Source of the DNA: a virus
Lineage: Duplodnaviria > Caudoviricetes
Direction: 5' to 3' (one strand)
IMG/VR virus record: IMGVR_UViG_3300015607_003363
Coordinates: 43,910 to 107,909 of that record
DNA: 64,000 nucleotides
The stretch's first letter is position 1; every line of letters begins with the position of its first letter. The notes under the pieces were generated by a model, which made no database searches, was not told the DNA's origin, and was given only the letters and a program-made list of their open reading frames with translations. A program made the position numbers and the translations under genes. Of this stretch, positions 29,570-38,540 are shown one piece after another.

Positions 29570-30051
29570 CACCAGCCAATCCTTCCGTTCTTGATGAGAG
29601 ACTAGCCAATTTGATTTTTAAAATCAAATGCACTCTGTCTACGGGTGATAAGATTGAAGTAGATGCCAGAGCACAACTGGCTATTGATTATGAAAATGTC
29701 TTAGGTGAATTGATGTCCTGTGTGACAGTATATTCTGAGTGGGCGAATTTGTATGCTGAGGCTAAGTTTGTATTTGATTCTGTTGATTCGGCTGTGGAAG
29801 CCAGACGTGGAGTTATCTTGAATGAGTTGCTTGATTCATTCAGCGAGGGTGAGAAAAAGGTCAAATTGACTGATAAAATATTGACGCATATGATTAATGC
29901 CGATGAACAATTGACTAAGCTGATTCATAAGCGTAATCTGGCGAATAGAGCAGTTATAAAATTATATCACACTACTAAAGCTTTGGAGCATAAGATTGAA
30001 GTCTGTAGGTCTATCGCCGGATTCAAGAAGAAGGCTCAGGAAATTGTATAG
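29566..30051 (+). CDS. UvsY-like recombination mediator
   Basis: Helical; KLTDK...INADEQL; sits immediately upstream of the gp32-like SSB. Confidence 0.55.
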   Translation: MTPANPSVLDERLANLIFKIKCTLSTGDKIEVDARAQLAIDYENVLGELMSCVTVYSEWANLYAEAKFVFDSVDSAVEARRGVILNELLDSFSEGEKKVKLTDKILTHMINADEQLTKLIHKRNLANRAVIKLYHTTKALEHKIEVCRSIAGFKKKAQEIV

Positions 30052-30087
30052 AATATATTGCGATATTGATTGGAAATGTATTATAAG

Positions 30088-30158
30088 ATGGATATTGGGC
30101 GTTTTTTGCCACTCGTGCCTTTTGGCTTAACGGCGTTTCCTGTGCCCGAAATATCCAT
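30088..30158 (+). promoter_or_regulatory. Structured 5' leader of the SSB gene
   Basis: ATGGATATT-GGGC ... GCCC-GA-AATATCCAT stem with an inner GCC-TTTT-GGC hairpin, ending just before the GAGAGG RBS. Confidence 0.55.
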
Positions 30159-30170
30159 GAGAGGTGTAGT

Positions 30171-31355
30171 ATGACTACTAGTAGACGTGTCTACAATAAG
30201 GATGAGGCTCTCGCCCGTCTGAAGAAGCTGAAATCAGCTACCAATGTCGATCCTGACCGGTTTGTTCCGGGCAAGGCAACAGCCACAAAGACATACAAAT
30301 ATGTCTTTCTCATTCTCGCACCGCTCGAAGAAGGCGATGCTTGCTATGATTCCAAGACCAAGACTGCTGGCGGCAAGATCGCCACTATTGGTATGGATGG
30401 CAATTTCACCATCAAGAGTGGAGTCCACTGGTATTCGTCTCGACCATATGGCTGTCCACGCATTCAGCTGAATGAAGATTGCAAGCTGTGCGATGAGGGA
30501 TTTGAATTGCTTAAGCAATATCCCAAAGATGGCACTGAAGAAAACAAGAAGATCAGAAGTGCCATTGGCAAGAATTATCTCGGAAAAGAGCAGTTCTTCG
30601 CGAACATCTATTTTCCGATTGAATTCGCCAAATACAATCCGCCAGAACTAACTGGCCGGGTGATGTTTGCCGAGCTTCCACAGGCAGCTTTGACACGTTG
30701 CGAGGAGGTTCTTGACAGCGATCCGGAACTGAAGGGTAAGGCAGCTGGTATCTTCTTTGATCCGACTTGTTCTTATCCTTTCGAAATGGTTGTGAAGCTG
30801 GTGAACGGCTACAACAACTATGAAAGCTCTTCATTCCTTAGCAGCCCCATGCCACTGGCTGCAACTGATGAAGAAATCGATGAGATCCTGTCGCGTCGTC
30901 ATTACCTGTATGAAAAGATCGAGCCAGTAAAGCCTAGCGAGATCTTGAGAATCAGGGATGCATTGCTGGCTAGTACGACCGATTCCGCTTCCGATACCGG
31001 AGCCAGCAGCGAGACTTCTCTGATCAGTGAGCAGACACAGGTTGTGGAGGCTGCGGAAACAGTCGTGGAAGAATCAGAACCAGAGCCAGCACCGGCACCA
31101 GTACCGGTCAAACAGCCAGCTGGTCTGCCTTCTGCTAAGGCTCCTACTGCTGCACCTGCCGCTTCAAAAGCACCTGCCCCTGCTCCGGCAGCGAAAACTG
31201 CTGTAGCCCAGAAGCCGACACAGCCTGCCAAGCCAGCACAGGTCGCTAAGCCAGCGCAAGCTGTCAAGCCTGTGTCAAAGCCAGCTGTTCAGGCTCCTGT
31301 TACAGATGACGATGAACAACAACTCACTAGCATCTTACAGGGATTAGATGAGTAA
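30171..31355 (+). CDS. gp32-like single-stranded DNA-binding protein
   Basis: HW...CPR...CKLC zinc site, FFANI, FFDP, YNNYESS.F; Ala/Pro linker and acidic tail. Confidence 0.85.
   Translation: MTTSRRVYNKDEALARLKKLKSATNVDPDRFVPGKATATKTYKYVFLILAPLEEGDACYDSKTKTAGGKIATIGMDGNFTIKSGVHWYSSRPYGCPRIQLNEDCKLCDEGFELLKQYPKDGTEENKKIRSAIGKNYLGKEQFFANIYFPIEFAKYNPPELTGRVMFAELPQAALTRCEEVLDSDPELKGKAAGIFFDPTCSYPFEMVVKLVNGYNNYESSSFLSSPMPLAATDEEIDEILSRRHYLYEKIEPVKPSEILRIRDALLASTTDSASDTGASSETSLISEQTQVVEAAETVVEESEPEPAPAPVPVKQPAGLPSAKAPTAAPAASKAPAPAPAAKTAVAQKPTQPAKPAQVAKPAQAVKPVSKPAVQAPVTDDDEQQLTSILQGLDE
31212..31287 (+). repeat. Degenerate tandem (A/V)KPxQ repeats in the SSB linker
   Basis: KPTQPAKPAQVAKPAQAVKPVSKPA encoded by recurring AAGCC units. 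Confidence 0.7.
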
Positions 31356-32241
31356 GGCTAAATTGTCAGTTGATGAACTGAAACAGGTCGCCTCTGGCTA
31401 TGCCGGGGCGACCTTAGTTATTGATGGCAAGAATCTAGCCCATAGGTCTGCTCACGCTGTCAAGGACGATGCCTCTATTGCATTTAATAGAGCAGTTCAA
31501 TCATTATGCTTTATGATTAACACTTTCAATCCAGCTAGGGTGGTCATAGCATGGGACGATACAACAGAGAATCTGTGGCGTACGGCGATCTATTCAGCCT
31601 ATAAGGAAAGACGCAAGTCTGATGAAGTCCATAAGGCCATTATTCATAAGATACAAGACATCCTGATTCATACGGCAGAGCATTTTGGAATTCATTCTCT
31701 TTGGGTGTCTACTCAAGAGGCTGATGATCTGATAGCCGCTATCTGCAATTGCTCCACTAACAATGTCGTGATAGCCAGCAATGATGGCGATTTGAGACAA
31801 CTGTTGACCATTGATGGCGTTGTGATTTATGATCCTCTGAACAGACGGATCATAGACCAAGAGTATGTTGGGCGTTTCGCTCTGGAGAATCATGTCAAAT
31901 TGAGAGCGTTAGAAGGTGATAGCTCTGATAATATTATTGGCTATATGGGCATCGGCCCTGTCAATGCCGCTAAAATTATCAGAGAGAATACGCTCGATAG
32001 CTTTCTGGAGTCAGTTGGTCGCGAGAAATACGATTTAAATGTGCAGCTGATCGATTTGATGAATTCGCCTTATATAAATGGCAATATTGATATAGTTCAG
32101 AATGAGTTGAGCAGAGAATTGAAATTTGATATTGCCAGTGCCGTAAAAATAGCTATAGCCAAACGTGCAGGTTCATATATTAATTGGACCAGAGATTTAT
32201 CGCAGGCTATGAGGAGGGTTAGACAATGGCGACTAGAGTAG
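31348..32241 (+). CDS. 5'-3' exonuclease / flap endonuclease (T4 RNase H-like)
   Basis: VIDGKNL, AWD, WR..IY..YK..R, EADD, SNDGDLRQL, GDSSDNI.G..GIGP. Confidence 0.9.
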   Translation: MSKAKLSVDELKQVASGYAGATLVIDGKNLAHRSAHAVKDDASIAFNRAVQSLCFMINTFNPARVVIAWDDTTENLWRTAIYSAYKERRKSDEVHKAIIHKIQDILIHTAEHFGIHSLWVSTQEADDLIAAICNCSTNNVVIASNDGDLRQLLTIDGVVIYDPLNRRIIDQEYVGRFALENHVKLRALEGDSSDNIIGYMGIGPVNAAKIIRENTLDSFLESVGREKYDLNVQLIDLMNSPYINGNIDIVQNELSRELKFDIASAVKIAIAKRAGSYINWTRDLSQAMRRVRQWRLE

Positions 32242-32477
32242 CTTATATTTCACCAATGATGATTGCCAGTGATGGATCGGTCATTGATCGAACTAACAAA
32301 ACGACGACTTATAATGATGTGATGGCTAATGTAGCCACCGAAATGCGTATTGTAGCCGATCCTAATAATTCTAACTCATTAAGCAATCCGACCATCGATA
32401 GTTATATACAAGCGGAAGCAACTGCAGGACGTTTGCCTGTTACGCTTACTAACACGATGATAATCACATCTACATGA
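32226..32477 (+). CDS. Small hypothetical protein
   Basis: GGAGGG RBS; coupled. Confidence 0.65.
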   Translation: MATRVAYISPMMIASDGSVIDRTNKTTTYNDVMANVATEMRIVADPNNSNSLSNPTIDSYIQAEATAGRLPVTLTNTMIITST

Positions 32478-33145
32478 TCAATATTCATCCGCTTCCCGGT
32501 TTCACTTCTGATCTGATGCCGATTGTACCACCGCCACACAAGGGCTGGTGGCAGGACAATGTAAAAACTAGAAATCACGCTCAGCACTGCTTGCCTCTTG
32601 CCATGGCCAATAGCCTTGGATATTATATTCTGTCACCGGTTACGTTTTCAGTCGAATGGAATGGTGATATTCAGGCTGATGCTGTAGTAAAGACACTGAC
32701 CGACACCAACGGATTCATAACGGCTGACGCTCATGCGACTCATGGTGGTTTTACTATTCAACCCGGTTTCATAGCCACTACGGATGTGCCGGGCGATTTC
32801 ATTATGATAAAGAACCTTCCGAATGAGCGGTTTCAGTTCTTTACGTGCATGGAAGCACTGATAGAGGGGTGGTGGAGTAAGGCTAGGTTCGGTCTTGTGT
32901 GTCTAATGACTAGGCCGGGCAAGTTTTTGATTAATCGTGGCGATCCTGTTGCTCAGTTATGTGTTTACAGGCAGGAAGCTGCATTGCATGATATTGTTAT
33001 GAAGGATATGCCTCCAGAATACACACAATGGGAAGAAAAACGGAAGAACACCGAATATAAGAAGCTTTTCGATTATTTCAAAGGATTGCATCCAGACGGT
33101 ACGCCAGAACCAACGCATGTCCAATATTGGCCAAAAAGGAAATAA
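32474..33145 (+). CDS. DUF6065-like protein (dUTPase-like beta fold)
   Basis: HCLPLAMANSLGYYILSP, PN, EALIE.WW, INRGDPVAQL. Confidence 0.65.
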   Translation: MINIHPLPGFTSDLMPIVPPPHKGWWQDNVKTRNHAQHCLPLAMANSLGYYILSPVTFSVEWNGDIQADAVVKTLTDTNGFITADAHATHGGFTIQPGFIATTDVPGDFIMIKNLPNERFQFFTCMEALIEGWWSKARFGLVCLMTRPGKFLINRGDPVAQLCVYRQEAALHDIVMKDMPPEYTQWEEKRKNTEYKKLFDYFKGLHPDGTPEPTHVQYWPKRK

Positions 33146-33149
33146 CGAG

Positions 33150-33941
33150 ATGTCTCTATTAGCTGAGTGGATAAACCCTAAATATCTATCGCAGGATGGG
33201 ATTTTCGACATACGCGAGTCCATCAAGGCTAAACCTGACATTAAGTATTGTGTTTTAGATGATTTCTTCCTACCGCATAAAATCGAGGAGATGGTAAAGC
33301 ATCATGCTACCTTGACTTTTAGTGAAGCTGCTGATAGAACTAGCGGTATTGAAATTCTTCCATATGATGGCGCTGTCAAGTGGGCGGATCAGACTGATGT
33401 CGGGCATCAGTTCTATTTTTCCGAGGAGACACAGGTCTATTTCTGCCATCTTCTGAATAAATTCAGGCCACAGAATGTCGGTATAGAGTTGAAATTGCGA
33501 TGGCATAAACCATATGCTAATGGATTTTGGATTCATAGCGATTCGGTCTGGCGTTCGGTTGTAGCTATTGTTTACTTCAACAAACATTGGTCTGCATCAC
33601 ACGGTGGTCTGTTGCAGCTTTGGCGACCTGATGAATCTTCTTCGCCTCTGGCAGTTGAGATTAATGGTGTCAAGCCAGATCAGCGGCTTGATTGTCTGGT
33701 GGGACCAAGGAGGATCAGAACTGACACGCCGGGCGGCGGATGGCCCAAGGAATGGACATACCAGTCTAGGGACATGATTTTAGTTGATCAGATAGTTCCT
33801 GCTTATAATAGATTGTTTCTTTGCGATCTTGATGCTAATCCGACTTTCCATTCAGTTACGCCTAGTCTTGGTCGTGAACGCACTGGATTTGTTTACTGGT
33901 TAAATAATAAATCGCATCCATCCTTAAGAGATAGAAAATGA
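33150..33941 (+). CDS. 2OG-Fe(II) dioxygenase (prolyl-hydroxylase-like)
   Basis: VLDDF, HSD, IVYFNKHW...GGLL, P.YNRL, FHSV...R. Confidence 0.82.
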   Translation: MSLLAEWINPKYLSQDGIFDIRESIKAKPDIKYCVLDDFFLPHKIEEMVKHHATLTFSEAADRTSGIEILPYDGAVKWADQTDVGHQFYFSEETQVYFCHLLNKFRPQNVGIELKLRWHKPYANGFWIHSDSVWRSVVAIVYFNKHWSASHGGLLQLWRPDESSSPLAVEINGVKPDQRLDCLVGPRRIRTDTPGGGWPKEWTYQSRDMILVDQIVPAYNRLFLCDLDANPTFHSVTPSLGRERTGFVYWLNNKSHPSLRDRK

Positions 33942-34486
33942 GTGCTAGTAATGTTCGTCGTGGTAAGGCTTATGAGCGTAAAATAGTCAACGCATTGAAT
34001 GGTATTTCGCAGCATTTCAAGTATAGGCGGCGAATAGTCACAGGGCATTCTGCGTCTATTGTTGATGTCGAATCGGTTGGTGATATTATTTCTATAAATG
34101 GCAAATTACGTTTTGTACTTGAAATGAAAAATCAGGCAGGATTTAGTCTGGAAGCCATTTTAAATCTTGGAGACAAATCCAAATTCTTTTCTTGGTGGAC
34201 TCAATGTCTGCGTGATGTCGGCATAGCCAAGAATCCAGATTTAGAACCTATGGTCTTCTTTACTAGTCGCACTACGAATATGGTAGCTATGTCCTATGAG
34301 GGTTTTTCGCGTCTTTTTCTTCAGCCTGTGCCGCATCTAATTATTGGGTCTGGTGTTTTTTCTAGCTATGGTAAACCAATAATAATAGTGACCTTGAATG
34401 AGTTTTTAAGTAAATGTGATGTAGATGCTTTGTGTGTTCAATCTGATGGTGATGCATGTGTTGCAACAATGCCCCAAGGACAATAG
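33938..34486 (+). CDS. Hjc-like Holliday junction resolvase (PD-(D/E)XK)
   Basis: RRGKAYER, GDII, LEMKN, WWTQ...D. Confidence 0.75.
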   Translation: MSASNVRRGKAYERKIVNALNGISQHFKYRRRIVTGHSASIVDVESVGDIISINGKLRFVLEMKNQAGFSLEAILNLGDKSKFFSWWTQCLRDVGIAKNPDLEPMVFFTSRTTNMVAMSYEGFSRLFLQPVPHLIIGSGVFSSYGKPIIIVTLNEFLSKCDVDALCVQSDGDACVATMPQGQ

Positions 34487-34599
34487 TTGTTAAGCCCGTT
34501 AACAGGGTCAGTAAGGCAGTACCGCAATCTGTCGCCGTTCGTAGGACTACGAACAAATCCAGAGCTAATAAACACCTTATAGACAGGCATAGATCATAA
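34456..34599 (+). CDS. Small basic protein (47 aa, MCCNNAPRTIVVKPVNRV...)
   Basis: GGTGA RBS and ATG 34456; its TAA overlaps the next ATG; below the ORF-track cutoff. Confidence 0.6.
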   Translation: MCCNNAPRTIVVKPVNRVSKAVPQSVAVRRTTNKSRANKHLIDRHRS

Positions 34600-34790
34600 T
34601 GTGCTGCGGAAAGCCAGCTAGACCTGTGAGATCGAGGGCGGTCAAAAAGGCTCCCAAGAAGGCCACTGTGTCTAAATCATCGAGTTTGAGCATTACCAGT
34701 CAGAAATGCAAATGGTGCGATTTGCGAGTATATATTGTATACACTTCTAATATGGAACGTCTACAATGCTCGAAATGTGGATTGCAGTAA
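34599..34790 (+). CDS. Small basic zinc-ribbon protein (MCCGK...CKWC...CSKC)
   Basis: TAATG coupling; two CxxC pairs. Confidence 0.65.
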   Translation: MCCGKPARPVRSRAVKKAPKKATVSKSSSLSITSQKCKWCDLRVYIVYTSNMERLQCSKCGLQ

Positions 34791-35257
34791 AGATTCTGCT
34801 GTGCATCATTGCCGTTGAATCGCTTGTTGAGTTGATAACCGATTCAAGATTGATGAAAGGCGCACGCAGGCTTATAAAGTCCAGTTATAGGAATATCAGT
34901 TATACAGTAGCGGCGTTGCCTATGGGAGTTAGAGGCGATGAGTCTTTCATTCTTTCTGCTATAAAGACGATTCTCTATTTTCCTTATTGGTGGGTTAAAT
35001 GCGGTTACTGTTGTAGCTATATTGTTTCATTATGTGTTGTATCTATTGTCGATTTGAAACTTGAGATTGTTAATTCTACGTTATTGAATTTGGCTTTTCA
35101 GACTGTTATACTAGGAAGGCTATCCAATTGGCTCCATGATTTATTGCAAGTTGTGCTGCGTGGACGAGTGAAGTACGTAGATTTGACGACCCATATAGTT
35201 TTTGATGGCGAACAGGACAATGCTGGCACAAAATCCATCCAGACCGGAGAATCATAA
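34766..35257 (+). CDS. Membrane protein with CxxC (DUF1360-like)
   Basis: Hydrophobic segments; LITDSRL...R; CGYCCSY. Confidence 0.55.
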   Translation: MLEMWIAVKILLCIIAVESLVELITDSRLMKGARRLIKSSYRNISYTVAALPMGVRGDESFILSAIKTILYFPYWWVKCGYCCSYIVSLCVVSIVDLKLEIVNSTLLNLAFQTVILGRLSNWLHDLLQVVLRGRVKYVDLTTHIVFDGEQDNAGTKSIQTGES

Positions 35258-35765
35258 GAACAGCTCTATGCTTGATGACGAGGCTGCTCGTAGGCAGAAA
35301 GCAGAGGAGAACAAGCGGAAATTCAATCTGGACAGAAAGTCAAGATTTAAACCGCCAGTTGTTAGAGATATCAATGATATAAAGCGAATCTTGCATGATT
35401 TGGGAACTGGAATGCCCGGTTCTAACATCAGTGCTGTTGTGGATATTGTTGATGATGATGGCAAATCGGCTAAGGTCAAAGTGGCCAGTACATCACCCAA
35501 CAAGACCAGATATGCAATGATCAGAGACGGTCTGGCGATTTTCAAGAATAGATTTGATGTTAACAAGGCTGATTCTGAATTGGTCATTAATAAGAAAAAG
35601 ATGAAGCAGCCTGCTATTATGGGTAATCCTACACACTCATGGATTGATTCTGTCATTGAAAGATGGACCGGGGGTAAAAGAAGTGGTTTTTTAATTATGT
35701 GGGAAATAGGTTCCCGTAAGTATTATTTTGACATCTTTGAGATGAAATTGTTTGGAGATGAATGA
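35202..35765 (+). CDS. Hypothetical protein
   Basis: Coupled ORF. Confidence 0.65.
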   Translation: MMANRTMLAQNPSRPENHKNSSMLDDEAARRQKAEENKRKFNLDRKSRFKPPVVRDINDIKRILHDLGTGMPGSNISAVVDIVDDDGKSAKVKVASTSPNKTRYAMIRDGLAIFKNRFDVNKADSELVINKKKMKQPAIMGNPTHSWIDSVIERWTGGKRSGFLIMWEIGSRKYYFDIFEMKLFGDE

Positions 35766-36088
35766 TGCCTGAGATACAACCGAATCGCGATGCAACACTT
35801 GATCTTATTAGATATAAGAATATCACTGAGTATATACCAGTCATAGGCGATTTAGTGATCCATGTAGGATGGTTCAGAACGAAATTCGGTGTCATATCTG
35901 GTATCTCTGGCCATACTATTTCGATTATTTATTCTGGTACCTTCTTCTCCTTATGCAACATGTTACAGTCTGACATGCCTAAAAACACGATCCAGATGCA
36001 TGTTGGAGACATGGTAAGATCAAGAGTCGGTGAGTATACTGTGCTTAGCGTTGATCCGGAGACTGGAATCCAAGTCACTTACGTTTAG
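35762..36088 (+). CDS. Hypothetical protein
   Basis: GGAG RBS; coupled. Confidence 0.65.
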   Translation: MMPEIQPNRDATLDLIRYKNITEYIPVIGDLVIHVGWFRTKFGVISGISGHTISIIYSGTFFSLCNMLQSDMPKNTIQMHVGDMVRSRVGEYTVLSVDPETGIQVTYV

Positions 36089-36095
36089 GTGTAAC

Positions 36096-36608
36096 ATGCA
36101 GTATCCCAGATTTCCGAAGTACGTCAGCGGAATGTATGCTAAGGATTCGACAGTTTATGTCTTTCCATCGTATGCGGAATCTGACCTGTTTTCTCTGGAG
36201 ATCTTTGTTGATGCTGATAAGGCTGGTAAGACTTTTAAATGTACAGCGTGCGATCATGACAATAAGCCTATTATCATCCCTAATGATAAAATAGTAAGCA
36301 GTATCATAATGAATGATTTTGCCAAGATTGTGGAAATAATTTCTCAGATCAGATTGCCATCGTGTTATCTCTTTTATAGTCGAGTTACGGCCCAATTAGT
36401 CGAAGTAGCAGACGATAAGCAGCGTCTGATATCACCCGGATTTATGAGCGATTTATTCAGTAAAGCAGTTAATGTGTTAAAGCCGCTTGAGCTAGTAGTA
36501 ATTAAGGAGCCGACCGATCTGGACAAATTTCAGAATGTAATATTTAAACCGGCATTGATGTCTAGGGCATTCGGTGTAACTAAGATAACATATACTAGGA
36601 AAGACTAA
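36096..36608 (+). CDS. Hypothetical protein
   Basis: AGGTG RBS before ATG 36096. Confidence 0.6.
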   Translation: MQYPRFPKYVSGMYAKDSTVYVFPSYAESDLFSLEIFVDADKAGKTFKCTACDHDNKPIIIPNDKIVSSIIMNDFAKIVEIISQIRLPSCYLFYSRVTAQLVEVADDKQRLISPGFMSDLFSKAVNVLKPLELVVIKEPTDLDKFQNVIFKPALMSRAFGVTKITYTRKD

Positions 36609-38540
36609 GTGCATCAATACATTAATAATGGATCTAGAACTATATACCTAATTGGCCCTGCTGGTGAACGTGTCGCTATGGTTCCCGGCAAGCCAGAGAC
36701 TTTGCCTGAATTTTTCGAAATATACGTTAGACGACATAAGATAGCCAAACTAAATCAGCCAGTTCAACAAAAGCAAGCGATTCAGCCCATGAGTAAGAGA
36801 AGAGTCCAGCCGGTACAGCCAAGACACATTGTGACCGTAAAGCCGAATCGCATTTCTGCTAATCGGTTAGTGGAAGAGGCACCCAGACAAACAATTGTTC
36901 CACAGGATCGTCAGAACAGAGTCAGATCGACAATAGTTAGTAGGCCAAAATCTGCTACTCCTGTGACCGCTGTGCGTAGGCCTTCTAATCGTTCCAGACG
37001 ACCGGTGGTGGGTAGGACGCTTGATGTCAATGCTATAAAGCATCTTAATGAAATACTGACTATTGATCAATATCCGATTAGCAATGGAATAGGTGTCGGT
37101 ATTTTGTCGTATAATCGGCCATTAGCACTTAAGAGGCTTGTAGAATCAATTCGACGATTCACTAGATTGAATAATACGACCATTTTCATTTCTGATGATG
37201 CTTCTACTAATCCGGAATTGCTTGAGTACTTACGAGAGCTAAAACGCCAGAGTGATTTTATAATCATAACCAACAGTACTAGGCTTGGAATTGCCGGAAA
37301 TTCCAATCGTCTGTTGCAATGCCTACAGAGATTCGATCATTGTCTGTTGTTGAATGATGATGTAGAGGTAAAGGCAAATGGTTGGGATGTTTGGTACAGG
37401 GATTCGTGCCTCAAGACTGGCATGCATCATTTCTGTTACCGAGAGCCGGGTGTATATGGAGCCGTTTCTGGCAATTCAATAAAAATGAACGGGCTGGAGT
37501 TGCGAGTCGTATTAGATAAGCCGCATGGGGCAGTTCTAGCTTTTACTAATTATGCTTTTAAGCAAGTTGGCTATTTTGATGAGTCCTTTGGCGTTTACGG
37601 CTTTGAGCATGTTGATTGGTCATCTAGACTTCAGGCATCCAATTCCATACCCGGCTTTTTCGATGTTTCTGGATCTAACAATTTTTTCAAGATTCATCCA
37701 GAAGTCTCTGCTGTAGAAAATAGGCATGAGAATTATGCCAAGGCCAAGGCGATATGGTCCAGCAAGAAACTGTCCAGCCGATATCTAGAATGTCCCTCTG
37801 CTCCTCTGGACAGCATCTCTTATGTTATTCCCTATCGTGATATTGGTAGAGTTGGTTCGATTGTGGATGTTGTTGATAATATAAGAGCGCAACGGTTTCC
37901 TGTTATCGATATCGTTGTGTCTGAACATGATACAGTTAGAAAATGTCCTGATGTGGCGGCTAGGCATATTTTAGAGACACGTAATGGCCATTTGCCATTT
38001 AATAAGTCTATTGCGTTTAATAAGGGCGTTTATTCTGCATTGAATAATAAGATCGTTTTGCATGATGCAGACATGCTGGTGCCTGTGAATTATACAGCTA
38101 AGGTCTATAATCTACTCGATTCTTACGAATCATGTCATATTGGTAAAACTGTTGCATATTTGGAGCAGGAGTCGTCGGAATTTGTTCATAAGAATAAGCT
38201 AGTCGTACATGGAATGTCTACGGGTAGAGTTATTGGGTATTTTGAGGGCGGCTCTCTGGCATGTACCAAGTCTGCTTATTCCAAGGTTGGCGGATTTAAC
38301 GAGTCATTTGTCGGTTATGGAGTGGAGGATTGTGAATTCTATGAGCGATTGTCATCGAGCACGAAATGGCACGGCGATCGAACAGAGAACCTAATCCACT
38401 TATGGCATCCCAGATCGGCAGAATGGAACAGTTGTCACATCAAGAACACAGAGATATATAATGGATTGAAGAAGCTATCGCTCGATCAGCGCATAGCTGC
38501 TCTGAGACGGTCTTTGATGGACAACGGATTCATTTCATGA
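36609..38540 (+). CDS. Two-domain GT-A (GT2 / GT7-like) glycosyltransferase with basic disordered N-terminal region
   Basis: ILSYNRP, DDAS, LLNDD, GYFDE.FG.YG.EH.D; second domain VIPYR, FNKS, HDAD, GGFNESF.GYG.ED, HLWH. Confidence 0.88.
   Translation: MHQYINNGSRTIYLIGPAGERVAMVPGKPETLPEFFEIYVRRHKIAKLNQPVQQKQAIQPMSKRRVQPVQPRHIVTVKPNRISANRLVEEAPRQTIVPQDRQNRVRSTIVSRPKSATPVTAVRRPSNRSRRPVVGRTLDVNAIKHLNEILTIDQYPISNGIGVGILSYNRPLALKRLVESIRRFTRLNNTTIFISDDASTNPELLEYLRELKRQSDFIIITNSTRLGIAGNSNRLLQCLQRFDHCLLLNDDVEVKANGWDVWYRDSCLKTGMHHFCYREPGVYGAVSGNSIKMNGLELRVVLDKPHGAVLAFTNYAFKQVGYFDESFGVYGFEHVDWSSRLQASNSIPGFFDVSGSNNFFKIHPEVSAVENRHENYAKAKAIWSSKKLSSRYLECPSAPLDSISYVIPYRDIGRVGSIVDVVDNIRAQRFPVIDIVVSEHDTVRKCPDVAARHILETRNGHLPFNKSIAFNKGVYSALNNKIVLHDADMLVPVNYTAKVYNLLDSYESCHIGKTVAYLEQESSEFVHKNKLVVHGMSTGRVIGYFEGGSLACTKSAYSKVGGFNESFVGYGVEDCEFYERLSSSTKWHGDRTENLIHLWHPRSAEWNSCHIKNTEIYNGLKKLSLDQRIAALRRSLMDNGFIS

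Noticed and set aside
33150-33941. TET/JBP base hydroxylase
   Set aside because: Motif spacing (YFN..W....GG.L, P.YNRL) fits the prolyl-hydroxylase-like 2OG family rather than TET/JBP.
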